From the NCBI GenBank assembly GCA_965113315.1, contig OZ220364.1: a DNA stretch of 64,000 nt; one strand, 5' to 3'. Shown in pieces: positions 11,702 to 23,910 of this stretch (position 1 is its first letter; each line of letters opens with the position of its first letter). The notes under the pieces are model-generated. The model had not been told where the DNA came from and did no database searches. It saw nothing but the letters and a program-made list of their open reading frames with translations. A program made the position numbers and the translations under genes. This stretch comes from Podarcis vaucheri (taxonomy: Eukaryota).

Positions 11702-13330
11702 GTAAGTTGCTGAACCCTCTGCATTTTGGATTTTGTCCACCCTTTCAGTTTTAGCAATGGTGCACACTTGCAACATGCAAAATAAGAGCATGACCTTGGA
11801 TTTTCACACGGCTAACCAAACCTGGAATCTCCCTTCTTGCAATAATGAGTATGGATTAGAATCTCCCCCCCCCCCCGAAAGTGGGCAGAAAACTCCTTCC
11901 TTTAACCTTCGTGATTTTGCACTGTTCACTATGGTTGAAAAGGTGTAAAGGGTTGCCTATGTGCACCCTCAAAGCAACTAAGTACTGATACATTTATTAT
12001 GGCACTAACACATTTGTTATGACATACGCTTCCCTTGATTAGAGTGCCATGATAAATGTGTTAGTCTTTCAAGTCTCTCTTTTGTTTTTGTTGCAAGAGG
12101 CTACTAATACAGCAACCACCCTCTGGAAGTTTTCGTCATGCCCATTCAGTGATCTTACATATGAGTTGTTTCCTAGAGGAAGCTGTCACAGGTTTACAGA
12201 GAAAAGTGAAGCAGGAGCAGTAGTGGTCACTACTATCGTTACCTGGTGCTTTTTGTAGAGTGACATAAACGAGAAGTCGAGACCCACCCTGCCTCTAGGA
12301 GCTTACAGCCTCAAGAGAAGAGGCAGATGCGATCAGAAGAATGTGGACAGTGGAATTACACATCCTTATTATATTTTATTTTATTTTAAAAACTTCTAAC
12401 CTCAGGCTTAAACATGTGATCTGCTGAAGAGTCAGAAGAAATACAAAATAGATTAGATGTTATCTTTTGTAGGCATAGGAAGATGCAAAATCTAGAGCTG
12501 TGCAGAGCATACAACCAGAATCCCAGATGTTCCGTGCAACACAGAAGCTCTCGTCCTTTTGCCAAAATACGTCAGTCCAAAAAAAATACACCTTAAGCTG
12601 TTGTATATTCTGTCTCATCCCACCAGGACTTAAGGCAGCAAAAATTGCCCCTAATGAGCAGGCGATCTTAAAGCGGCCAAAACAAGGCAGTATGCTTACA
12701 ATGGTATGGATCCAAAGGTCACCATAGGGGGATTCAACCTCTGGGGCTCCCCAAGTGTCCATCCCCCCACCTCCCAGCAAGATCAAAGCTCCAAGAGATC
12801 CCCTCCGTCTGCAGCCCATTTAGCTCAGCTGTCTGTCATATATTGCAAGGCTCCCCCCCCCCCACTCGCCTTCTCCTCCACACAATGGATGGTCTCATTC
12901 CTGCTGCCCACAGCCCACTTGCAGCTGCTTGGTGGATACTGTGTCTGGGTGGATCAAGTCCTCGTTCCAGTCATGGAGTTCAGTTCCCTTCGCCCACATC
13001 TATCCTCTACGATGTAGATGCTTCTGCTGCCACTCACAGCAGCTGCAGCGGGGCGAGGGGGGGGGGAGCAGCAGGGTTGGTTTTTCGTGCGCAGTGTGCG
13101 GGTTTGTTTGCAACTTCCTGGGAGCACCTAGCGATGCTGCTTTCTGCCCCTCCAAGGCCCTGCCATACACGAGTTGTTCTTCATCAGAGGCATTTTCACA
13201 TCTAAAAGATTCTCTATGCAGTGCGTATTGTATGACGGCACCTGCCAGTTATGTGTTTGGGGGCTTTTGCTTCCCCTGCACCTACTTCAGAATCCTCTGC
13301 CTGCTCTCTCCCCCCCCCCATGGGAAGATA

Positions 13331-13545
13331 CAGTGGTACCTCGAGTTACATACGCTTCAGGTTACAGACTCCGCTAACCCAGAAATAGTACCTCGGGTTA
13401 AGAACTTTGCTTCAGGATGAGAACAGAAATCGGGCTCTGGCAGCGTGGCGGCAGCAGGGGGCCCCATTAGCTAAAGGTTAAGAACAGTTTCAGGTTAAGA
13501 AAGGACCTCTGGAACGAATTAAGTACTTAACCCGAGGTACCACTG
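13331..13545. mobile_element. Tigger/pogo-type MITE
   Basis: TIRs CAGTGGTACCTCG / CGAGGTACCACTG with TA TSDs on both sides. Confidence 0.85.
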
Positions 13546-14776
13546 TACTCCAAATCCAGCATGGAAAAGCTCTGGTGCAAGGGCGCCAGATGGAAGTGCC
13601 GGGAGCAGAAGTGGCAGCATCTGACCTTCTTTAGTTAAGCACCGGCGCTGGTGCTTTTTGCCTGTCTCCAAACCAGATGCAACACTCTGCTGCTGTTGTT
13701 TCATTCCCCCTTTAACTAGTATCTTCCGGATTGTTCCGGCTTCTTAGATGGGCACCCCAGCCAGTGACTCGGCAGTGCCACCTTGTGGGTTTGGGATGGC
13801 AGGGCAACCCCCCATTTAGGCCGTGGTGGGGTGGGGTGGGGTGGAGGTGGCAGGGGAGGAAATGGGACACGAAATAGGAATGCAGGGCACTTTTTTTCCT
13901 AAACAGGATGTGGTACCTGAAAAGCAGGCATTCCGGCCTGGTCATCCAGGCTCCTTCCATAACCAGGCAAGGCAGGGAACAGTGAGATAGGCCATGTCCA
14001 AGCCTCAGTGTAGGTGTTTGACCCCCTCAGCAGAAGTCGCTCTCTGCTCCTGTGGCCTGAGATCACTTCCTCTCCTCCGCTACCTCTGGAGACAAAGGAC
14101 TTTTGGTCCCCAAGTCCCACAGGCCCCACATTCCTTCCCATGTGACGTGGCGAAGGAATCCAAGGCTTGCTCTGCTGTGTGGGATTGAGCCAGCTAGATG
14201 GACAGCGACTTCCCTCTGCTCTGCCCACACAGTTCTTGCCTGGTGCGGCCCTGCTGTGCACTAAATGGGCCCTCAGAGAATGGGTCCAGTGTCCAGATAC
14301 AGCCATCGCCGCTGGGCGCAACAATAGGGCCTTTGCTTCTCCGTGTGATGGGGAGCAGTGGCGTCTGGCACTGAGGGGGCGAAGGGGTGGCACCGCCTGC
14401 TTTTTTGGGGGGAGGGGGACATGGGACTGCCCAGAAGGGTGGATGCGACACAGCTACTTTCTGCTGCCTGGAGGCTTGGAAGTTCGGCTGTCTATAGCAG
14501 AAGGCTCCTCCTGCGTATATGCGTTTGAGAGAGAGTCTCACTCACCTTCAGTCCTGGATCTGCCAACGGGGTAGAGATGCAGCAAAGTCACGTAGCCTGG
14601 CCTCAGGAGTGGCTGAGGTGTCCGCTTCTCTCTGCGGATCCCCGTGTCCCTGATCCTTTGGGAAGCTTCCTGCCCCAGACCCCGCTCTTCTGCGGAAAGT
14701 TAGGATGAGGCAGCAGGCAGGGGACAAGCTGGCAGGGCATGCAGAACTTCAAACCGCTCTGTATGCTCCTTCACAG

Positions 14777-14856
14777 TGCAGCTGCTCAAATCCACTGACC
14801 TGGGACGCCATAGCCTGCTATACCTCAAGGAAATTGGCCATGGATGGTTTGGCAAG
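14777..14856 (+). CDS. AATK: AATK exon 4 (Gly-rich loop)
   Basis: tcacag|TG...GGCAAG|gtaag, 80 nt. (V)QLLKSTDLGRHSLLYLKEIGHGWFGK. Confidence 0.96.
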
Positions 14857-16069
14857 GTAAGCTCCTCACCTGAGACTGATCCCATATTGTTGATTTATGC
14901 AACAGGGCCGTGTTGGTGGCAGTGGGGGACAGGGAGGAAGGAAGCAGACGCCAAAAGGCATGCCGAATGAATGGATAACAGCGTCGCTTTTGCTTCCTGT
15001 CCCATTATTCCTGCCTTCCTTGGTGTTTCCCTTTTGGCGGCTGCTGGTATGGGAGTAGGACCGGAACAACGTGTTCTAATTCATGGGCTACAAATAGAGA
15101 TCTTAATTCTTCATTTCGACCCGGAGGGTGTGGAAATGAGGGGATTCCATTGAAAGGGTGCGAAGAAGTGAGGAGAGAAAGAATGCCCTGGGTTGGGAAG
15201 GTGGGAGCAAGGAATAGATTAGGTTTGACACCCCTGTCAAAGACTACAAGTAACAGGCCTTTGTATATTTATTTGTATTGCCTGCCTGCCTGCCTACCTA
15301 CATTTTGGCATCTGTTTTTTTAAAAAATAGTGCCTGCCTCAGTGACCCCAAAGCCAATTGTGAGAGCTGGCCATGGGGTGCCCCTAACTGGACATGGGTT
15401 GTGTCCAAGGTCCTTGCAAGTGCTGGTGGTGTGTAGAGCAAGGAGAGGCCTCTTTTTCATGTTACATTTTAAACTTAAGTAAGATGCATTGAAAGAGGGA
15501 GAAGGCAAGATGTGAACTCTGTTGAAATGTAGTGTGCAATAACTTTAGCTCAGGTCTGGGCCTTTGGGGGGAGGAGAATGTAGGCCTGAGAATGCTGAGC
15601 CTGTTCATAGTTTTCCCCGAGTTGCTTTTGTCACTTGGGGAGTTGTCCCATTTGCTCAAGCAGTTGGACACAACTCACATTGTGATTGCTGAAACAGCAT
15701 CAGAAACCATGGGTCTGCATACCCCTTGGCTGATGCGTTGGCTCGGTCGAGAGGATGGATGACATGGAAAAGTGCCGGAAAGTAATTTCTGAATTGACAC
15801 AAAGTGGGGGGTGGGGGAATTGAGAGCAGGGAGGGGAAATAAGTTTCTTACATTCGCTGGAGAATTACAGTGGACCAGAAGCTTAGATTTGAGCCGCAGC
15901 TGCATTGGTCACCTGCTAGGCTGCTCACCTGGCATTTTGCAACAGCCTTGCTATCTGACAGATGCTGAGAGATAATGGCACTTCCTGGCCCATGCAGTGG
16001 CACTGCCCTATGGCAGGAGCCCAAGGTCCCAGTCCAACAGGCTAATGCCCTCTGTCTCTCCCATCCCAG

Positions 16070-16188
16070 GTGTTCCTCGGTGAGGTGAATGCAGGGCTGA
16101 GCAGCACTCAGGTGGTAGTGAAGGAACTCAAAGCCAGTGCCAGTGTTCAAGATCAGATGCAGTTCCTGGAAGAGGCCCAGCCTTACAG
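16070..16188 (+). CDS. AATK: AATK exon 5 (catalytic Lys, alphaC)
   Basis: tcccag|GTG...TACAG|gtaag, 119 nt. VFLGEVNAGLSSTQVVVKELKASASVQDQMQFLEEAQPY(R). Confidence 0.96.
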
Positions 16189-18572
16189 GTAAGTTCCCCA
16201 GGGCTTTCTGTAATAAGAAACATTGTTGTTTTTAATTGCTGTATTTGTACACCCAGGTGTGTGCTTGTGGGATTTTCTGTCTCAGGTGTCAAAGTAACTT
16301 GGCCAAACTTGGGCGCTATGCACTTTGTCCTGGGGAAGTGGCTCCACTTGCTGTTCCACCTGAGGCAGCGGAATGTCTTGGGCCGGCCCTATTGATGACC
16401 TTGGCCAGGAGAGAAAGATTATAAGAGGACCTGTGTTAAGTCTTCCCCCGAGCTGGAGTACAAATGTGCTTCTGGAAACCTGCTTGCCTTCTAAATAAAT
16501 ACCACTTTCCCATGGATGCGCCCAGAGAAACTTGACAATGTTAAAGAATAAAACTATATAAGACGATTGTAAGAGCTATTCTGTAGGAGTGCAAATATCC
16601 AGAGATGTAGTGATCGGGTGGGATTATCATGAGGAATTATAAAATATACATCAAGCCATCGTGTCCACGATGAAAGCATTGTGTTGACTGGGTTTGATAT
16701 ATTGATGATAATTTCTGATTAAATCCCATAAGATTCTACATTCATGCCCTTTTGATGCCCTTTTGCCTCTGCTGCCCATTTCTCCTTGCTCTTCACAAAT
16801 CAGTACACACTTAGACAGGCAGGTGTCCTGGGTCATCAAAGACAGTGGGCAAGTTTCTCTGATGTAGGATGTTAATCTTAGGGCCAGGAAACAGATCTCA
16901 CATTAAGGTGATAATGCTCACTGTCCTCCTGGCCATCCTCCTTATCATGTGTATTGCTTGTTTATTACCACCGGGGTTGCCAGGTGCTCCCCTTTGTAGT
17001 TCTCAACTTATTTACCCCAAAAGTATGCATGGATAACTAGTGTTTATAGATTAACTTTCTCCCCTTGTGGGTTTGTGAAATGCTCAGAAGAAATCTGATT
17101 GGTTCTTACGAACACTCTGTAAAAAGTTCTTTTGTGAATAAAACGGCCTGGGCCAGAGGGGCTGCAGACAACGGACAAGCACAGAGAGACACAATTATAT
17201 GCACCCTTCCCAGAGTCTTGCTGGTTCAAGTCTCTGTGTGTATTCTTATTAATCAGAGTTCAGTCCTTCCTTTACTTTGTGAATGCAACACTATTCATTC
17301 ATCTCCCCCCCCCCCACACTCTATCATAATTTCCATGCCCAATTGGGAGAACACAGATGAGCCCCCATTGACCCGCTCCCCTTCCTGCAAGTCCCTGCCA
17401 CCATTCCTGAATGTTGTGGGGGCTCAGTTGCCTACAGCAGGGAGCTTGCTCTGCTTGACTAGGCTTTCTGTACTATTTAGACCCTGACACATCGCAGTGT
17501 TGTTGATGATCAAGAGAGCCCTACCCTTGTATACAACACAATGACCAAAACAAACTACAAACAGTGAGATACACCCTGTAGAATCAACCAACAATGAAAA
17601 CTAGCAGCAGATTTTGGAACTAAAAAATGTCGAAACTGGCGGCAGAAGTAGTTAAGGCATTACAAATGTAAAATCCTAGTAAAAATGATGACGTCAACTT
17701 ATTATACAAGACATTTAGACGGAGCTTGACTGATCTCAAATGCTTACTGTATAGCCCAGTTGCCCAAAGGTGTGTGCTTGGGAATTTCTGTTAGCACCGT
17801 GCAGGACTTACACCTAAAACGTTTTTTTCCCTCTTTCCTGATAACTTCAAAGTATCCTTGCACCTTTCCCCACACACAATTAATCCAGTATAACTAATAT
17901 TTCCTGGTTTTGTGTCAGTGGCCCCCAAGGCATTAACACGCTTGAGGCACCTGAGGAAAATGTACTCCTTCTAAGCAACCCAATTCTCTGTATCACCTGC
18001 CGGGAAAGCTGTTCTGTGTTAAAACGATTTGCAGCGTATACCCCCCGGGGCTGGAAGGAAGTCAAAGGGGCTGCCTTTTGGATTCGAGAGGCATTGTCCA
18101 GGGGAAGGGGAGGGATGGGACAGTGCTGGGAAAGCGATGAATTACCGTACCGACTCATGAACAAACTCCCCTATTGTTCTTGGCCGTGCTGTGGTGGCTG
18201 GCACAGCTTAGGACCCATTTATTCGCGGACAGTACAGGGCTGTGCCATAGGAGCCCCTCTCTGTCCCCGCATGAACCTATTGTGTGAGTTGTTTGGAAAG
18301 GATGGGAGAGGAGAGCACACAATCTCTCTTTCTCAGCTAACCTACTTGGGGCTTCACCTGTAGGCCCAGCCTGCTCCTTCTTGGCTGTCCTGGTCCCAAT
18401 GGCTTCCCTAAGGATCCTCCCATCGCCTTGCTCCCTGAGTCTCCGTTTCCTTTGATCTGCAGTGCTGCTGATGCAATTCCCTGCCTGGACTCTTTCCTTT
18501 CCTTACTCCCCCTCCCCTTTCAGTCCCATTTCACTCTCCTGCTTTCTCTCCTGCTCTCCCCCTGTTTCACAG

Positions 18573-18660
18573 GGCACTCCAGCATACCAATCTCCTGCAG
18601 TGCCTGGCCCAGTGTGCAGAAGTGACGCCCTACCTGCTGGTGATGGAGTTCTGCCCATTG
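18573..18660 (+). CDS. AATK: AATK exon 6
   Basis: ttcacag|G...CCATTG|gtgag, 88 nt. [29 protein letters not shown]. Confidence 0.96.
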
Positions 18661-19076
18661 GTGAGTCATTGCTAGAGGGGAGTTGCACGCTTCCTCTCCA
18701 TCCCCCTCCCCCATCCCCACAAATCCCTGCTGCTGTGGGCCTCCCCTGAGCTTTGGGGGACAGGTAAGCAACAAGACTGTGGCTGGCCAAGAGCCAAATC
18801 CTTGTTTGGGTTCATACCGTATCTCCTCTCCCGACTCTCGCTTGGATGACGTGAAACCATTTGCTCGCTTCCAGAGGTTGTTTTTTTCTGCTGTTGCGTT
18901 CTTTGGGGGAATCTGTGGCTCTCTGGGTAATGTTGGACTCCAGTTCCCATCATCCCTAATGGTCAGGAATTATGGGAGTTTGCCGTTCAATAACATCCGG
19001 AATGACACAAGGTTCTATATCCCAAGGTGTATGTACTCTCTCCAAAATATGCTTTGTTTTACCTAGTTTGATGGAA

Positions 19077-19425
19077 GGGACATGGGTGGTGCTGTGGGTT
19101 AAACCACAGAGCCTAGGACTTGCCGATCAGAAGGTCAGTGGTTCGAATCCCCGCGATGGGGTGAGCTCCCGTTGCTCAGTCCCTGCTCCTGCCAACCTAG
19201 CAGTTCGAAAGCACGCCAAAGTGCAAGTAGATAAATAGGTACCGCTCCGGTGGGAAGGTAAACAGCGTTTCCGTGCGCTGCTCTGGTTTGCCAGAAGCGG
19301 CTTAGTCATGCTGGCCACATGACCCGGAAGCTGTACGCCGGCTCCCTCGGCCAATAAAGCGAGATGAGCGCCGCAACCCCAGAGTTGGCCACGACTGGTC
19401 CTAATGGTCAGGGGTACCTTTACCT
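19077..19425 (+). mobile_element. Full-length Sauria SINE in AATK intron 6
   Basis: Highly similar to the 1527 copy. Flanking direct repeat TTTACCTAGTTTGATGG at 19058-19074 and 19419-19435. Confidence 0.9.
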
Positions 19426-19879
19426 AGTTTGATGGTGGGTGGATGCTCCTACTTTAAATACAGGGCTTGACTGAGAGACCATTGCATCTTTGAATTCTGT
19501 GATGTATTTTTTCCTCTGTGGGATACTGGCAGTTTAGTGTAGGGCTGGGGAAACCTCTTCCCTGCTCCTGCCACCCAGATGTTGCTGGACTCACTCCCAT
19601 CCACCCCTGGTCCATTGGTCATGCTGGCTTGAGCTGATGGGAATTGGAGTCCACCAGCATCTGGAGGGCCACAGACTTCCCTATCCCTGGGTTTGGTGCA
19701 CATGACTCTCCCTCACCTCAGGCCTTCTTTGGGGCTTGGCTCCCACCCCCTTGGCTGCATTGCAGAGATGCTTTCTCTCTCTTGTTCTCCTCCAACCCAC
19801 CCATTGAGACCGCACAAGAAAGGTCTGTAGGCAGTGGTGCCCATGGGTAACGTTGTTGCTGCTGCTGCCACCCTGACAG

Positions 19880-20013
19880 GGTGACCTGAAGGGCTACCTG
19901 CGGAGCTGCCATGCGGCCGAGGCACTGGCACCGGACCCTCTCACCTTGCAACGTATGGCCTGCGAGGTGTCCTGCGGCCTGCTGCATCTTCACCGCAACA
20001 ACTACGTGCACAG
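19880..20013 (+). CDS. AATK: AATK exon 7
   Basis: tgacag|GGT...CACAG|gtgag, 134 nt. GDLKGYLRSCHAAEALAPDPLTLQRMACEVSCGLLHLHRNNYVH(S). Confidence 0.96.
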
Positions 20014-20296
20014 GTGAGTCAGAGTTCCTGTCTCGTTCCTTTGCCACACTTTCACATGGGAGTGTGTGGAGTTGGGGTGGGGAAGAATCCTGGGAAAGGG
20101 GCCCAGTTCTTCATTGGGGTTGACAGGGGAGCACCAGCAGTATCAGTAAAGCGCTAAGCCCAAAATGCAGCAGGAAATAAAATGGGATGTGCACGCAGTG
20201 GTTCACAGAGCAGCGGGTGTCACTGTCAAAGCCACCCTGTGGAAGTTGCTGTATTCCATGCCAGACCATTGGTCCATATAGCTGTTTTGTCTACAC

Positions 20297-20441
20297 CAGT
20301 GTTTCCCAAACTTGGGTCTCCAGGTGGTTTTTTTGGACTACAACTCCCATCATCCCTAGCTAGCAGGATCTGTGGCCAGGGATGGTGGGCATTGTAGTCC
20401 AAAAACCAGCTGGACTGGAGACCCAAGTTTAGGGAAAACTG
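20297..20441. mobile_element. Palindromic hAT MITE in AATK intron 7
   Basis: TIR CAGTGTTTCCCAAACTTGGGTCTCC. Perfect 8-bp TSD GTCTACAC. Confidence 0.88.
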
Positions 20442-20997
20442 GTCTACACTGACTGGCAGCAGCTCTTTGCAATTTTAGACAGGAGTATTTCCCAGCCCTA
20501 CTTAGGAGGACTGAACTTGGAATCTGCTGCACCCAATTCCATCACTGATGATCTCTTTCCATATGACGGTGTTGCCATGCTTATGAATGCAGCATGAGGT
20601 GGGGTGTTTGGTTCCTGGTGGCTGGAGGTGGAGGTGGAGGTGGTGATGATCCACAGAAGCAGAGATGAGGCTTTCATTTCCACTTTTGGATTTTCTGAAG
20701 GGTTCATGGGCTGAGAAATGGGAAGCCTTGGGTTCATGGGGTGGAAGTTTTGGCCTAAGGGAGAAAGTGAGTCCTAAGGTCCTGTGAGTGAAGTTATGTG
20801 GACTTATGGCCAGTGTGTGCAAGGTATGGCATGCGTCGCTTGATGGCTTTGTCCTGCAACGGCGTTCTTGTCTTCTTCCTGTTTGCCCTTCCTGGAAACG
20901 TGGGGCTCCAGCATGCAACTTGCACTCCAGGAAGAAACCATCCTGCTGTGGATACCCTTCTTCAGATCCTGATTTCCTTCCCGTCACCCTGCTCTTC

Positions 20998-21070
20998 CTC
21001 CCCAACAATATCCTGGTGCTGAGTGAGTGGCACTCAAGAGACTCCAGCATCAGTGATTTTGTTGAAGAGG
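20998..21070 (+). ncRNA. MIR338: pre-miRNA mir-338 in AATK intron 7
   Basis: 5p AACAATATCCTGGTGCTGAGTG (21004-21025) and 3p TCCAGCATCAGTGATTTTGTTG (21043-21064) match the mature miR-338 arms as I recall them. CNNC motif (CATC, 21082-21085) lies about 17 nt downstream. miR-338 is a known intronic miRNA of AATK. Confidence 0.96.
21000..21065 (-). ncRNA. MIR3065: Antisense mirror hairpin equivalent to mir-3065
   Basis: Reverse complement of 21043-21065 is TCAACAAAATCACTGATGCTGGA, the miR-3065-5p sequence. This follows automatically from miR-338 conservation, so expression in this species is unproven. Confidence 0.4.
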
Positions 21071-21554
21071 CTGAGCTCTGCCATCTTCTGAGGATGGGAG
21101 TCCTCCTTTGGGGAAGTGCACTGAGCTACAAACTGGACGTCCCGAGGCTGAATTTTGCCTCTGCCATGATCTCACTTCGTGGTCAAAGATACAGCTTTGC
21201 TGTAGGGACATTGTTGGGGAATCAAGAGGGAGGCAAGCAGTTGACCGTGAGTTCAGACTGCTGTCGGTGATGCTCAGACTGCATCTTTCTCTGTGGAGTT
21301 GACTCTTGGTGCATTTCAGTGGATAGTCAACCAGTGGCCAGCCAGAGATTCATTATTGGTCTTGGTGAGCTAAGCAAACCCGATGAGGGCATATTTGGGA
21401 CCTTGCCCTGGCACATCTGGTCAGCCCTTTCCCACTCCCCGGCCCCATAGCTCCTGTGGGCCTGATCTGGGTCACAATGCATGAGCTCCCTTGGTCGGCC
21501 CGTCGCTTCACGCCTTCCGCTGTGTAATCTTCGCTGGGCGTTTCTTTTGTCTAG

Positions 21555-21639
21555 TGACCTGGCGCTGCGGAACTGCTTACTCACGGCTGACCTGACAGTC
21601 AAAATCGGCGACTACGGCCTCTCTCACTGCAAATACAAA
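21555..21639 (+). CDS. AATK: AATK exon 8 (catalytic loop, DYG)
   Basis: gtctag|T...TACAAA|gtaag, 85 nt. [28 protein letters not shown]. Confidence 0.96.
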
Positions 21640-22187
21640 GTAAGTCTGCTTTGGGGGCGGGAGCCGGACAGGGAGCACAAGCCAGTGTTGATGGTGGGGT
21701 TTGTGTTCAGGGCCCCCGCAAGGCTGATGGCGGGAGCAGCCTTCTTGGGGATGAGGGGCAACTTGGCTCTCTTGAGTGCAAACATTTTAAGGGGAGAAAA
21801 GGCAGGAGGGACAAGTGGTTGGCAAACAGGACTGTGCCTGCTTCACCGGGGCATGACCGTACGCAGGGACCTGCCAACATAAATCTGGAGGTGGGCTGGG
21901 AAGTGGGGATTGCGATTCTCCCAGCAACAGTGTGAACATGTCTAAGGGATAGGGAGAGGTGGGGGACAGGCTTAGTGGAGACAGTCCTATTCTCCATCAC
22001 CAGCGGTTCTTGGGTGGAGTGGACTAGGCCACCTTTAGCATAGAATAGGAAGGGACTTGAAGGCTCATCTTGTCCCAAGACCCTGCAACACAGGAATCTC
22101 AGCTGAAGCATCCACAACAGGTCGCGATTGCTGTTTCTGTTGGTGCCGGTTTGACGTTGTCTTGCTTTGCCCCTGCATGCCTGGCAG

Positions 22188-22309
22188 GATGACTACTTTG
22201 TGACGGCTGACCAACTGTGGGTACCCCTGCGCTGGGTGGCGCCTGAACTCATCGACGAGGTGCATGGCAACCTGCTTATTGTTGACCAGACCAAGACCAG
22301 CAATATCTG
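22188..22309 (+). CDS. AATK: AATK exon 9 (activation segment, APE)
   Basis: tggcag|GAT...ATCTG|gtaag, 122 nt. DDYFVTADQLWVPLRWVAPELIDEVHGNLLIVDQTKTSNI(W). Confidence 0.96.
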
Positions 22310-22663
22310 GTAAGAAAATCAGGGGGTGGTACGGGTGGGAAGGAGTCGTTCCTGGGGTGTGTGACCTTGGGAGGGTGGGATAGCAGCAACGTGAACCCTT
22401 AGGCCAGATTTGGGAAGGGGGGCAGTGATTTTACTGAGCCAGGTAAACATCTCATCACTAAGTAATATTTTACAGTGGCTGTGATCCAAGTTTTATTTTG
22501 GTAGCCCCACAAGCCAGCAGGCAACTCTCTGGCTTAGGTTACATTTTGCTCGAAAACAACCAAACGGAAACCTTTGACCAGGAAAACTGTGATTACAGTG
22601 CAACATGGGATATTCCTGCTGAGTTTGCTCCTCCTGTGTGATGTGCACCTTGGTAAATCCCTG

Positions 22664-22770
22664 CTGGGCTACCGTAGCACATTCTACATGGGACGACTAC
22701 CGAAGGCGCAACTGGTCCAGAATGCAGCAGCCAGAATAATTTCTCTTGGTAGCTACAAGGAGCACGTATT
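22664..22770 (+). mobile_element. L2 LINE ORF2 relic in AATK intron 9
   Basis: Translates LGYRSTFYMGRLPKAQLVQNAAARI, resembling the L2 motif LDYCNALY.GLP...LQLVQNAAAR. Confidence 0.55.
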
Positions 22771-23024
22771 TGGTTTTATTGGCTGGTGTAATTGTTTGGG
22801 TTCCTTTCACTTTATTTTCCCCTTCCCTGCATTTTCATTGTAATTTGATTGTGTCTCCCTCCCCCTTAAAGATAGTTGTCCCTTTTGAAGGATGAGCTGT
22901 GCATTTGCCAAGCAAATAAATGCAACTGCCCTGGGTTCAAAGGGCCTGGGTGACCCGGCGCTCTCCCTCTATGGTGGTGCCACCTGCCACTCGCCTGTGC
23001 TTTGAGCCCCCTCTCTCTTGGCAG

Positions 23025-23174
23025 GTCCTTGGGCGTGACCATCTGGGAGCTCTTTGAGCTGGGCAGCCAGCCCTACTGCCACTACTCGGACCGGCAGGTG
23101 CTCACTTACGCCATCAAGGAGCAGCAGCTTAAACTTCCTAAGCCGCAGCTCCCACTCTCACTGTCTGACCGCTG
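23025..23174 (+). CDS. AATK: AATK exon 10
   Basis: tggcag|G...CGCTG|gtgag, 150 nt. SLGVTIWELFELGSQPYCHYSDRQVLTYAIKEQQLKLPKPQLPLSLSDR(W). Confidence 0.96.
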
Positions 23175-23910
23175 GTGAGTGAAGCAGGGCCCTCGGGGGG
23201 AGGGCACAGCATCCCATGAGGGGCAGAGGTGGCCAGCAGGCACTAAATGACAAGCGTGGAGGAGGCTGGACCGTAGGCAGGTGGGATCAGGTGTGTGGGT
23301 AGGCAGATGCTGATAAACATCTTTGGTGCCAGACTCCCATCTTAGCCCTCTTGCTAAGCAAACAGCACACCAAGCCACCAGGAATGGCAAATTGCAAGCT
23401 TGGTAAATGTATCCATTAAGTAAGGAACAAAAAGGCTGCCACTCAGTCGGTAGAGCACAAGCTTTGCTGGTAGCCCCACAAGCCAGTGGGCACTCTCTAA
23501 CATAGTTCTAGCACCTCTCAGGTGGGCGCCCAAGGGAGGCATTCATGGTGACTATTTCTAGAAACATAGTACTGATTACGTCCTTATTTCAGGCATTGTG
23601 ATATATCAGTACATCACAGTGTTTAGCTGGGGATATATCACAACTTTGAAAGCCAGACATTTCTCAGCCCTAGCGCGAGGTTAGCCACAACTGGTCTAAA
23701 AGGGTGGTTTTAGGGGTGTGCAGAAGAGAAAGAAGGGTTTCCACTAGGGAATTAGGATAGCAAGGAGCATGTTGCCAAGTAGGTTGCTGGCAAGGAGCAG
23801 ATTGTAGATAGAGGAAGGCTGGCTCTGCGAATGACGCAATTGCTGAGTGTTGTCCCCAGAGCAAAGGAGCAACCGAGTCTCACCTCTCCTCTGCTCTTCC
23901 CTATGCGCAG

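Noticed and set aside
19990-22309. HSD instead of HRD, DYG instead of DFG, and SNIW instead of SDVW as signs of a pseudokinase or pseudogene
   Set aside because: These are normal LMTK family features. The catalytic Lys, Asp and Asn and the reading frame are intact.
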